This document shows positions 19,188 through 27,828 of a stretch of 64,000 nt of DNA, one piece after another (within the stretch, counting starts at the first letter, position 1; every line of letters starts with the position of its first letter). The notes below the pieces were generated by a model. The model made no database searches, had not been told where the DNA came from, and was given only the letters and a program-made list of their open reading frames with translations. The translations under genes were made by a program, and so were the position numbers. Source of the DNA: Candidatus Marinacidobacterales bacterium (GTDB lineage Bacteria; Acidobacteriota; Vicinamibacteria; Marinacidobacterales; SMYC01); NCBI GenBank assembly GCA_965224085.1, contig CBDCYI010000004.1, positions 256,001 to 320,000 on the forward strand. Reading direction: 5' to 3'.

Positions 19188-19835
19188 ATGCAGTTCGACC
19201 TTTTCGACGCTGGCGCCAATACCATTCTCGGGGCCGAAACCTACGTAGAATTCAAGGAAAAGCTGCGCGACAGTGGGTGTGATAAATGTGCTCTGCACGC
19301 GGGGCGGACGAACATCGTCGTCGACCGAGGCAACCCATCCGCTTATATCATGACGATTGGTGAGGGGCCTGGCGATAACGAAGACAAGCAAGCCCTCGCG
19401 TTCGTCGGTCGAGCGGGGCAACTTTTCGACAAGATCATGGACGCCGTGGGCATCGACACCAATCGCGACATGCTCGTCGCCAACGTCGTCAAGTGCCGGC
19501 CGCCGGAGAACCGCAACCCGCGCGCGGAGGAAGCGGCGGAATGTATTGCTTATTTGCAGCGTCAGATCGAGCTCGTCAAGCCGAAAGTCGTGCTACTGCT
19601 CGGAGCGACGGCGCTCAAGCACATGGACAAGTCGAAGCCGAGCTTTCAGATGAGCGACGAAGCGGGAAAGTTTTTTACGCTGCCCGACTATCCGGGGATC
19701 CAGTTCATGGTGCTCTACCACCCCGCCGCGCTTCTTTATAACGCGAAGCTCAAGCCTGCAATGTGGCAGCACGTGAAGCATCTGCGGCGGTATCTGGAGG
19801 AAAACGGGCTTTATAAGAAGGCGCGCGCGAGTTAG
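19188..19835 (+). CDS. Uracil-DNA glycosylase family 4
   Basis: CxxC, GEGPG, FVGRAG, NVVKCRPP and YHPAA motifs. Confidence 0.93.
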   Translation: MQFDLFDAGANTILGAETYVEFKEKLRDSGCDKCALHAGRTNIVVDRGNPSAYIMTIGEGPGDNEDKQALAFVGRAGQLFDKIMDAVGIDTNRDMLVANVVKCRPPENRNPRAEEAAECIAYLQRQIELVKPKVVLLLGATALKHMDKSKPSFQMSDEAGKFFTLPDYPGIQFMVLYHPAALLYNAKLKPAMWQHVKHLRRYLEENGLYKKARAS

Positions 19836-19905
19836 CGCTCGGTGGGGACGAAGCGCTCAAGCTCCTCGAACCCAGTTCTGAACGAGGATGAGCTCCACGG
19901 CGCCA
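19832..19905 (-). pseudogene. C-terminal remnant of a Ser/Thr kinase-beta-propeller protein
   Basis: Minus strand reads ELILVQNW(frameshift)FEELERFVPTER*, the typical NWFEELKRLVP-type tail. Confidence 0.5.
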
Positions 19906-19936
19906 GCACCAGTCTTTTTGCGTCCATAGAGGCGTC

Positions 19937-20203
19937 CTAACGTCCATCGATCACGCGGAGCTGGGAACGCCGTGGGATCGCGAGAACGCGTATGCCGCAG
20001 GTGCGATAAAGCTCCTCTCTTATGGGCGCATCGACCAAAAGCTCGCGACCGCGCTTCCAGCTCTGACGTGCACCGGCTTTTCCGAAAAGGCCGACGCCTA
20101 GGCCTTTGAAGGAGGGATCGTGACGGAGTTGGTAGCGCACCCCGTCTAACCCTACTTTCCTCAAAGCAGCGGCCCATGATCCGCGGACGAGCTCATCGAT
20201 CAC
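19937..20203 (-). pseudogene. RES-domain protein fragment (C-terminal half)
   Basis: WAAALRKVGLDGVRYQLRHDPS...GLFG resembles RES domain C-termini. Confidence 0.5.
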
Positions 20204-20277
20204 AATCCACGGAAGGACTCAGCTTGCGCTCAATTGGCAGAGCTTGGGTGGCGACGCGCGAAAAGCTGCACGTCTGC

Positions 20278-22104
20278 CTAAGGCCAGCGGGAAAGCTGAA
20301 CTTTGACTTCCAAGATTTGATTGTTGCGCCGGACTTTCGCGTTGACGGTCTCTCCCGGCCGTTTTTGCCGGAGAAGCGCTGTAGCCCGCCTACCCGTCGA
20401 CACGACGCGCCCATCGAGCTCCAGCAGCACGTCGCCCGCTTGCAGTCCGGCACGCGCGGCCGGCCCGCCATGCTCCACGTAAGAGAAGCGTACGCCGTCG
20501 CCGGTGAAGTTGTTGTCGACGCCGATACCGAAGTAGGCGGCCTCGTCCTCGGCCCGACGCCGGGAAACGATGTCGCCACCGCGCGACACACGGAGCACGG
20601 GTCGCTCGTCGGTACGCAGCAGAAAGTCGGCGACGTTATAGCTGAAACGGAGAACCCGCTCCACTCCCTCATAGTTGACGAACTGGGAATCGTCGGTGGG
20701 TTTGTGGTAGTCGCCGTGAAGTCCCGTAAACAGGAATAATGCCGGCACACCGGCACGGACGAACGACGCGTGATCGCTCGCGCCTGCGGCCGAGAAGCGG
20801 CCCGAATAGGTCAAGCCTTCGTCCTCGCTCAGCTCTGCCACAGCTTCTACGAGGCTCGGAACGAGCTCGACACCTCCAATGAAGATGCGGCTGTGGCGGA
20901 GCCGACCAATCATGTCGAGGTTCACCATCGCAATCGTGTCCTCGAGACGGCGCGTCGGGCTCTCCGTGTAGTGATAGGAGCCGCGAAGGCCGAGCTCTTC
21001 ACCCGCGAACGCCGCGAAGAGAATGCCGCGGGGACGATGCTCCATCTCGGAAAAGAGGCGGGCGAGCTCGAGCATGCCGGCGACGCCGGACGCGTTGTCG
21101 TCGGCGCCGTTATGGATCTGGCCCGTCGCCGTCCGCTCACGACTCCCCTTTTGCCCGAGCCCAAGATGATCGTAGTGCGCTCCGATCACGATGTGCTCGC
21201 GCGTCCTTCCGTAGGTGGGCGGCAAGTAGCCGAGCACGTTCGACACTTCCACAATCGTTCGCCGGAAGTCGATCGAAAGCTTGATCGAGACGCCTTCGAG
21301 CTCGACGGACCTCGGGACGAGTCGCTCATCGATACGGTGCTGGAGGTCGCGCAGGTTCAAGCCTTGCGCCCCGAGGATCTCCTCGGCATGTGCCCGGCCG
21401 AGATGCATGACGGGCACGGGAAGTCCCTCGGCACCGTCGTTCACTCCAAATGGCACGAGAGGATCCTCGCGATGATGCAGCGGGCCATTCACGATTATGA
21501 TCGCTGCGGCGCCATGGCTAATGGCGTTCTCGGCCTTGCGAACGAAAGTAGCGTGCCACCCGTTCTTATCGAAAGGTCCTCGCTCTAGCGCCTGCCCCGG
21601 AACATAGCGGAGCGCCATCACGATCTTTCCCTCGACGTCGATCCCGCTGTAATCGTCGTAATCGTGCTCGGGTGCGGTCACACCGTAGCCGACGAACACG
21701 ACGGAGGCCGAGACTTCGCCGGCAGAGCTGAACGTCATCGGGACGAAATCGGACGGATATTCCAGGGGTCGCTCACGCTCCGAGAATCGAAGCGCGACTT
21801 CTGTGTGACGCCCGATCTCTTTGTCGAGCTCTATACGGAACGTCTGGTAGAAACGGTCCTGCTCGCCCGCGGGGTCGAGTCCGATCTCTTCGAATTGCTT
21901 CGCGAGATAGGCCGCCGCTAAGCGAAGGCCTTTGTCGCCATTTCCCCGGCCGGCAAGCTCGTCCGAGGCAAGATATTGGATGTGCTCTTCGAGAAGCTTA
22001 CGCTCGATCTTGGGTTTTTCGATCGCGTGTAGTGTCGCGGCGATGGTAAGTGCCAGGCCGCCGACAGCGGCCACTTCGAGAGCTCGTCTTGCGACGGTTG
22101 TCAT
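20278..22104 (-). CDS. M28 peptidase with PA and PDZ domains
   Basis: GAHYDHLG, GADDNASG, GEELG, NLDMIG, SDH and YHKPTD motifs; C-terminal PDZ. Confidence 0.93.
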   Translation of the reverse strand: MTTVARRALEVAAVGGLALTIAATLHAIEKPKIERKLLEEHIQYLASDELAGRGNGDKGLRLAAAYLAKQFEEIGLDPAGEQDRFYQTFRIELDKEIGRHTEVALRFSERERPLEYPSDFVPMTFSSAGEVSASVVFVGYGVTAPEHDYDDYSGIDVEGKIVMALRYVPGQALERGPFDKNGWHATFVRKAENAISHGAAAIIIVNGPLHHREDPLVPFGVNDGAEGLPVPVMHLGRAHAEEILGAQGLNLRDLQHRIDERLVPRSVELEGVSIKLSIDFRRTIVEVSNVLGYLPPTYGRTREHIVIGAHYDHLGLGQKGSRERTATGQIHNGADDNASGVAGMLELARLFSEMEHRPRGILFAAFAGEELGLRGSYHYTESPTRRLEDTIAMVNLDMIGRLRHSRIFIGGVELVPSLVEAVAELSEDEGLTYSGRFSAAGASDHASFVRAGVPALFLFTGLHGDYHKPTDDSQFVNYEGVERVLRFSYNVADFLLRTDERPVLRVSRGGDIVSRRRAEDEAAYFGIGVDNNFTGDGVRFSYVEHGGPAARAGLQAGDVLLELDGRVVSTGRRATALLRQKRPGETVNAKVRRNNQILEVKVQLSRWP

Positions 22105-22227
22105 TACTTAAGTGAACCTACGGCCGAGGGTCTCGTCGAAGGGCAGCGACGCTCGGTGATTTCTAGATGTGAACTCCGGCTCCCAACGACCAGTATAGGC
22201 CGCGGCCGCCGCACATCCAAAAGCGAT

Positions 22228-22914
22228 TCATGCCGATCCGTGACCGCCCGGAAAGAGCGGAAGCGGCCTCGGCTCGAGCTCCTCCAGAACTTTCCATCCC
22301 CAGCTACGGCGCGTCTCATCGGGTAAACGCTGGTATCGCGCGTGATAGCGCCGCAAGAACACCGCGGTGGCGGCATTGACGTAGCCGCCGCCGCGGATGG
22401 GTCCGAACTCCGCGTCGTAGCGCGCGGCAATATCACCGAAAAGAGCGTCCCGACGCACTTTGGCGATAATCGACGCGGCGGCGACGGCGACGTGGTGCTG
22501 CTCGCCGAAATTGAACGCCCGCAGATGGGCGTAGCGCTGTCGCAGGAGCCCGAAGACTTTCTCGCCATCGGCGATGATGCGCTTGACGGCGACGGTTCGG
22601 TCGATGATGTTCGTGGCGGCGATGCGCTCAAGCGCGTTGAGAAGCCCGTGGTCGCAATAGCGGTCGACTTCTTCGTGGTCGCATACCACCACTTGCACGT
22701 CTTCGGCGAGGCGCCGGATATGCTTCGCTAGCTCCCCACGTTGCTCGCGCGCTTCCTCCCCTGCCCCGAACTCCTTCGAGTCGATGACCCCGCGCCGGGT
22801 CAGCGCCGAAGCGGCTTGAGGCTTGAGGACGACACCCGCCACCACCATCGGACCGAGAACCGGTCCGCGCCCTGCCTCGTCGATGCCGAGAATCACGGCC
22901 CTATGCTTTCTCAT
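22228..22914 (-). CDS. rnhB: Ribonuclease HII
   Basis: GIDEAGRGPVLGP, DSK, ADG and AAASIIAKV motifs. Confidence 0.9.
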   Translation of the reverse strand: MRKHRAVILGIDEAGRGPVLGPMVVAGVVLKPQAASALTRRGVIDSKEFGAGEEAREQRGELAKHIRRLAEDVQVVVCDHEEVDRYCDHGLLNALERIAATNIIDRTVAVKRIIADGEKVFGLLRQRYAHLRAFNFGEQHHVAVAAASIIAKVRRDALFGDIAARYDAEFGPIRGGGYVNAATAVFLRRYHARYQRLPDETRRSWGWKVLEELEPRPLPLFPGGHGSA

Positions 22915-23007
22915 CGAAGGCACCGGTTGCAACGATAAACGCAACCGGCTAAAAGTATGAGCCAAGTCACAGGGGTTCCAACGAGAATTGAAGGAGACTC
23001 TGAACAT

Positions 23008-24465
23008 ATGAGTCCAACGGAGACAAAAGGAGAGGGCGTCTACAACGTCGTCGCGATTGGTGCCGGTACAGCAGGTCTCGTCACATCGGCGGGGACGGTC
23101 GGGCTCGGTGGACGCGCCGCGCTCATCGAGGCCAAGAAGATGGGAGGCGATTGCCTGAACTACGGATGCGTTCCGTCCAAGGCGTTGATCTCCTCTGCGA
23201 AGCTCGTCGAGCGCATCCGCCATGCCAGGAAAATGGGTCTCGCGGAGATGGAGCCCTCCTTCCGGTTCGAAGACGTCTTTGCCCGCATGCGAGAGCGCCG
23301 CGCCAAGATCGAGCCGAACGACTCCGTCGAGCGATTCGAAGGCCTGGGTGTCGACGTCTTTCAAGCGCGTGCAAAGTTCGTCTCACCTCATGAAGTGGAG
23401 CTCGATGACGGCACGCGGCTAAAAGCCCGCAATTTCGTTATCGCGACCGGGACCACGGCACTCGTGCTACCCATCCCGGGGCTCGACACCGTGCCCTATT
23501 ACACGAATGAGACGATCTTCGACGAGATGCCGAAGGCCCCTTCCTCGATGATCATTCTCGGTGGAGGGCCGATTGGCTGCGAGTTCGCACAAGTCATGCG
23601 TCGGCTCGGCGTTCGCGTCAAGCTCGTGGAGCTTCTCCCCCGGCTTCTTCCTCGAGACGACGCCGATGCGAGCGGGCTCATAACCCAGCGATTCGCCGAC
23701 GAAGGCATCGAAGTCTTGACGGTCACGAAAGCCACGAGCTTCGAGCACAAAAACGGCGTCACCGTCGCGACCGTTGAGAACGAGAGCGGCGAGCGCAAGC
23801 TCGAAGCCGAAGCCTTGCTCGTCGCCACGGGCCGGAAGGCGAATGTCGAGAACCTCGGTCTCGAGGAAGCGGGCGTGGCCTACGATCGCCGCGGCGTCAC
23901 CGTCGACGAGACGCTCACAACGTCGCAGCCTCACATCTTCGCCTGCGGGGACGTCGCCGGGCCCTACCAGTTCACGCACACGGCGGACTACCAGGCGCGC
24001 GTCGTCGTACGAAACATTCTTATGCCCTGGTTCAAGTCGAAAGCCAATTACACATGGGTGCCTTGGGTGACCTATACCGACCCTGAAGTCGCGCAGTGCG
24101 GTCTCACGGACGAGGAAGCGAAGAAGAAAAACGTCGGCTATGACGTCTTCCGCTCCGACTGGGAGGACTTGGACCGCGCCATCACCGACAGCGAAACGAC
24201 GGGGTTCGTCAAAGTGCTCACCAAGAAAGGCACGGACCAAATCCTCGGAGCAACGGTCGTCGGCGTTCATGGTGGCGAAGTCATGCACGAGCTTCTCGTG
24301 GCAGCTAAACACGGCATCGGCCTCTCGAAGCTTTCCGGAACGATCCACGCCTATCCGACACTGTCGGCTTCCGTGCAGCGCGTCGCCGATGCGTACCAGA
24401 AGACGAAGCTGACGCCGACGGTCGCGAACATCTTCAAATGGCTCTACAAGCGGAGGCGCGCCTGA
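23008..24465 (+). CDS. Class-I flavoprotein disulfide oxidoreductase (Lpd/MerA-like, lacks the MerA C-terminal Cys pair)
   Basis: GAGTAG, GGDCLNYGCVPSK, GGGPIG and HAYPT motifs. Confidence 0.9.
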   Translation: MSPTETKGEGVYNVVAIGAGTAGLVTSAGTVGLGGRAALIEAKKMGGDCLNYGCVPSKALISSAKLVERIRHARKMGLAEMEPSFRFEDVFARMRERRAKIEPNDSVERFEGLGVDVFQARAKFVSPHEVELDDGTRLKARNFVIATGTTALVLPIPGLDTVPYYTNETIFDEMPKAPSSMIILGGGPIGCEFAQVMRRLGVRVKLVELLPRLLPRDDADASGLITQRFADEGIEVLTVTKATSFEHKNGVTVATVENESGERKLEAEALLVATGRKANVENLGLEEAGVAYDRRGVTVDETLTTSQPHIFACGDVAGPYQFTHTADYQARVVVRNILMPWFKSKANYTWVPWVTYTDPEVAQCGLTDEEAKKKNVGYDVFRSDWEDLDRAITDSETTGFVKVLTKKGTDQILGATVVGVHGGEVMHELLVAAKHGIGLSKLSGTIHAYPTLSASVQRVADAYQKTKLTPTVANIFKWLYKRRRA

Positions 24466-25157
24466 TGGCGGCAAGGAAATATCTCAAGGCCGCAATCGTA
24501 GTGTTGGCGATTGCCGCGATCGTTGTCGCCGCGCGACAGCTCCCGATCGAGAGCTGGCTCCAATCTCTCAATGTCTGGGTCGCGGATCTAGGTGTTTTTG
24601 GCATGGTCATCTTCGCGCTCGTTTATGCAGGAGCGACCGTGCTGATGATCCCGGGCTCGCTTCTTACGCTCGCCGCCGGCGCGGTGTTCGGACTCGTTCC
24701 CGGTTTCGTCACGGTCTGGAACGGCGCGACTCTCGGCGCCGCGCTCGCCTTTCTCGTCTCGCGCTTTCTCGCACGCAAACGGGTCGAGGCGTGGATTCAG
24801 GAGAAGCCGTCATTCAGCCTCATCGACAAAGCCGTCGCCAAAGAAGGCTGGAAGATCGTCTTTCTCACACGGCTATCGCCCGTCTTTCCATTCAACTTTC
24901 AAAACTTCGCTTACGGTCTGACGAGCGTTTCTTTCTGGCACTACGTGCTTGCCTCGTGGACGGGCATGATCCCCGGCTCGTTTCTCTATGTGTATTTCGG
25001 AACCCTCGGGCGCAGCGGGCTCGAAGCCGCGTCGGGCGCAGCCAGCGAGCAGACGTTGAAGCTCGCGCTGCAAGTCGTCGGCCTTCTCGCGACCCTCGCG
25101 GTGACGGTGCTCATTACCCGCACGGCGAAAAAAGCGCTGAACGAAGCCGGCGTTTAG
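24465..25157 (+). CDS. TVP38/TMEM64 (DedA-superfamily) membrane protein
   Basis: LTRLSPVFPFN motif; start overlaps the reductase stop. Confidence 0.9.
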   Translation: MAARKYLKAAIVVLAIAAIVVAARQLPIESWLQSLNVWVADLGVFGMVIFALVYAGATVLMIPGSLLTLAAGAVFGLVPGFVTVWNGATLGAALAFLVSRFLARKRVEAWIQEKPSFSLIDKAVAKEGWKIVFLTRLSPVFPFNFQNFAYGLTSVSFWHYVLASWTGMIPGSFLYVYFGTLGRSGLEAASGAASEQTLKLALQVVGLLATLAVTVLITRTAKKALNEAGV

Positions 25158-25996
25158 TTACCGCCCATATGCTCGGCATGGAGCTCGGGATTGAGCCTCT
25201 TCATGCGCTTTCGTGCCTCGCGCAGCAAACGCTCGTTCCCGGATCTCCCGAGCGCGACACTCAGGCACTTCCAAAACGCCAGGGCGCGTTCGTCGTCCTC
25301 TACCGGCTCGACTGGATCCCCCTCGAAAGCGTCGAGCTCCTGGGGTAGCGGCCAGAGCCGGCGTATCGCACCGAGACACGCGAGCCACCGGGGAGCCAGA
25401 TCTTCTGCGAGTAGGTCCGATACAGCTTCGTCCTCCAGGTCCAATGGACGAATATCGTGCCCAAGGATCAACGCGTCCCGAACCGCGTTTCGACCTTCCA
25501 TGGCGTCATCGAGCGCATAAAGAGAGTTGGCGATCGACACGACGTATTCTGGATCCCGTCGGATGAGCTCGGCGGGGCTCTCGAGCACAAAGAGCCGCTC
25601 AAAGAAAGCGTTGCGCGCCCTCCGGAAACGCTGGCCGCCACCATCGAGCTCGCGGGCGATTGTCTTGAAGCCCGAGAGTCTCTCGCCCGGCTCGACCGGG
25701 CGCTCCCAGAAATCGGCGCCTAGCCGTTCGAGATAGCCAAGCCCAGGAGGAACAGCGCCGGCTCCGTAGATCTCCTGGAGCCTGTTTTTGATCTCGAGCG
25801 CCTTGCGGTAATCCGCGCAGCTGAGGGCTTGTTCAAGCTCCCCGATCATGAGGACTCGGTCTTGGAAAAGAAACATTTGTTGTGAGAAATCTTCGTCCGG
25901 AGATGGCGGCGGGGGCCGGGGTGTTCTCTCGACGCGAAGTACGCGGACTTCGACGGGATCGAATAGCGGCTTTTGACGGGAGCGGGGACGATTCAT
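25154..25996 (-). CDS. Hypothetical alpha-helical protein
   Basis: 280-aa ORF with no recognised motif. Confidence 0.65.
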   Translation of the reverse strand: MNRPRSRQKPLFDPVEVRVLRVERTPRPPPPSPDEDFSQQMFLFQDRVLMIGELEQALSCADYRKALEIKNRLQEIYGAGAVPPGLGYLERLGADFWERPVEPGERLSGFKTIARELDGGGQRFRRARNAFFERLFVLESPAELIRRDPEYVVSIANSLYALDDAMEGRNAVRDALILGHDIRPLDLEDEAVSDLLAEDLAPRWLACLGAIRRLWPLPQELDAFEGDPVEPVEDDERALAFWKCLSVALGRSGNERLLREARKRMKRLNPELHAEHMGGN

Positions 25997-26048
25997 CGCA
26001 GCACGACGCAACCGGAGGAGAGTTTATCAGCTCTGCCGTATATCGAAC

Positions 26049-26374
26049 CTACGGCGAACGAGGGGCCTTGTGTTTTAGCTCCTCCGCCCAACCTAAGATC
26101 ACGGTGAGTTCGGTAGCGACGGAGTCGGCGCGCTTTATCATGAGGAAGCGTTTTCCATCGGCAGACACGTCGTAGTTGATGAGACGGCTTTGGCCTCGCG
26201 CTCGAAGCGCTGCTTTCGCTCGGGGCTCTCGGCGAAGTGGTCAAGAAGAACTTTTACCGCGACGGTCCGGTCTAAGCGAGTGCCCCTGGCCGTATAGACC
26301 TCACCTATGCCTCCGGCTCCGATCTGAGCGAGGATCTCGTAGGGACCCAGGCGAGTCCCCGAGCTTAGGGCCAT
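26049..26374 (-). pseudogene. Ser/Thr kinase-beta-propeller gene reduced by internal deletion
   Basis: N-terminal MALSSGTRLGPYEIL...FEREAKAVSS is joined out of frame to C-terminal NYDVSADGKRFLMIK...GWAEELK...*. Confidence 0.8.
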
Positions 26375-26586
26375 GGGATACGTCTCGATCGCAACTTAGC
26401 GGATCGATAGCTGGGATTCAACCTGCCTGTGTCTGGGAACGGCGACTACAGTCCGAGTCAGCCTTCAAGGCAGGAAGGGCAGTGCCTCTTCGAGTGGCAC
26501 TGCGAAAAGACGCTGCTACACGCCATCCCCGTCTGCTACGATTCAGCCAACAGGCCAACAGGCCATCAGGTCGAGGACGTATGCCG

Positions 26587-26931
26587 ATGGAGATCACGTC
26601 GGTCAAGTTATGCTCATGGCCCAGGACATGGCGCGCGACCCGCTTTTATCGCGATGTCATCGGACTCGAAGTGAAGTTCGAATCGCCTGAGTGGACCGAG
26701 CTCGCTTACGGAAACGCCATCGTCGCCCTTCACGGAGGCGGCAAAGGAGAGTTTCGCACCACCGGTTTGGGCATCCAAGTGAAAGACATCCGCGCCGCCT
26801 GCCGCGCTGTGGAAGCCGGAGGCGGGAAAATCGCTTCGCCGCCGAGGGAGCGTCCGGGCGAGCCCATCATCCTCGCCGATATCGTCGACACCGAAGGCAA
26901 CCAGTTTTCGCTCACCGAATACAGCGCGTAG
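26587..26931 (+). CDS. VOC/glyoxalase-family protein with a locally frameshifted N-terminus
   Basis: FYRDVIGL and DTEGNQFSL motifs; the expected MLMAQDMAR lies in another frame at about 26610-26636. Confidence 0.75.
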   Translation: MEITSVKLCSWPRTWRATRFYRDVIGLEVKFESPEWTELAYGNAIVALHGGGKGEFRTTGLGIQVKDIRAACRAVEAGGGKIASPPRERPGEPIILADIVDTEGNQFSLTEYSA

Positions 26932-27006
26932 CTGCCTGTCAAGTCCGACCTGAATACCTCACTCCGTTGAACGGGATTCGATATCGGAACAAGTCGACTT
27001 AACGAA

Positions 27007-27042
27007 CGCGTGATTATAGACCCCCGCGTGATTATAGACCCC
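27007..27042. repeat. 18-bp tandem duplication CGCGTGATTATAGACCCC x2
   Basis: Copies at 27007-27024 and 27025-27042. Confidence 0.9.
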
Positions 27043-27227
27043 TAGAAGGGTCGACTGTGACGGTCGAGGCGAACGGTCTCTCGTTCGTCGAGTCTTCGTT
27101 GAGTCCTAGGTGACACGATTCTAGTGATGATGGAGTTGAAGCTCGCATCAGGACCTGAATCATGTGACAATTCCGCAAATCGAGCTGCACCGAGCGCTCG
27201 ACACATACCGACACCAGGCGGACTAGT

Positions 27228-27806
27228 ATGCGTAATCTAGTCTTTGCCACATTTCTGCTGGCGGCACCCGTCGGTCTCACTCAAGATGCGGAAAGAGAAT
27301 CCTTCCGAGCGTTCGCTGTCGTCATGGGAATCCACGCCGCGGGTCAGACCAACACGTTTCAAGTCACCATCGACCGCTGGAGCACGAACGACGAGCGCCA
27401 AGAGCTCTTTGTCGCGCTGGCGGAGACCGATCAGGACGGCCTCATCAAAGCACTCCAGATCCAGGAGGAGTGTGGTTTTCTTAGTATGACGGGGACCCGA
27501 GGCCCGGTCATGCGCCGCGGCTCGTTCCCAAGTCAGAGGATCAAGTACGCCCGCGACTTCCGCATGGACGGCAAACGGCGTATCGTCCTCGACCTCGACC
27601 GGCCCATTCCCTACTGGGAGACCGTGAATCGACCTCGGACCTACGACTCGAGCATCATCGTCCTCGACCTCGACGAAGAGGACGAGGGTCAGGGCATCAT
27701 GGCGATCGGCGTCAGGATCAACCTCGATACTGAAGCGAAGCAGCTCGAAATCGAGAACTATTCGTCCGAGCCCGTGCGTCTGACCGTCGTCAGCAAGTCC
27801 TCCTGA
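27228..27806 (+). CDS. Hypothetical exported protein
   Basis: Signal-peptide-like N-terminus; 192 aa. Confidence 0.75.
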   Translation: MRNLVFATFLLAAPVGLTQDAERESFRAFAVVMGIHAAGQTNTFQVTIDRWSTNDERQELFVALAETDQDGLIKALQIQEECGFLSMTGTRGPVMRRGSFPSQRIKYARDFRMDGKRRIVLDLDRPIPYWETVNRPRTYDSSIIVLDLDEEDEGQGIMAIGVRINLDTEAKQLEIENYSSEPVRLTVVSKSS

Positions 27807-27828
27807 CGGTTGGGGTCGATAACTTTAG

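Noticed and set aside
23008-24465. Mercuric reductase merA
   Set aside because: No C-terminal Cys-Cys, no NmerA domain and no mer genes nearby.
26479-26503. Hairpin GCAGTGCC-TCTTCGAGT-GGCACTGC as an ncRNA or terminator
   Set aside because: No U-tract and no recognisable RNA family.
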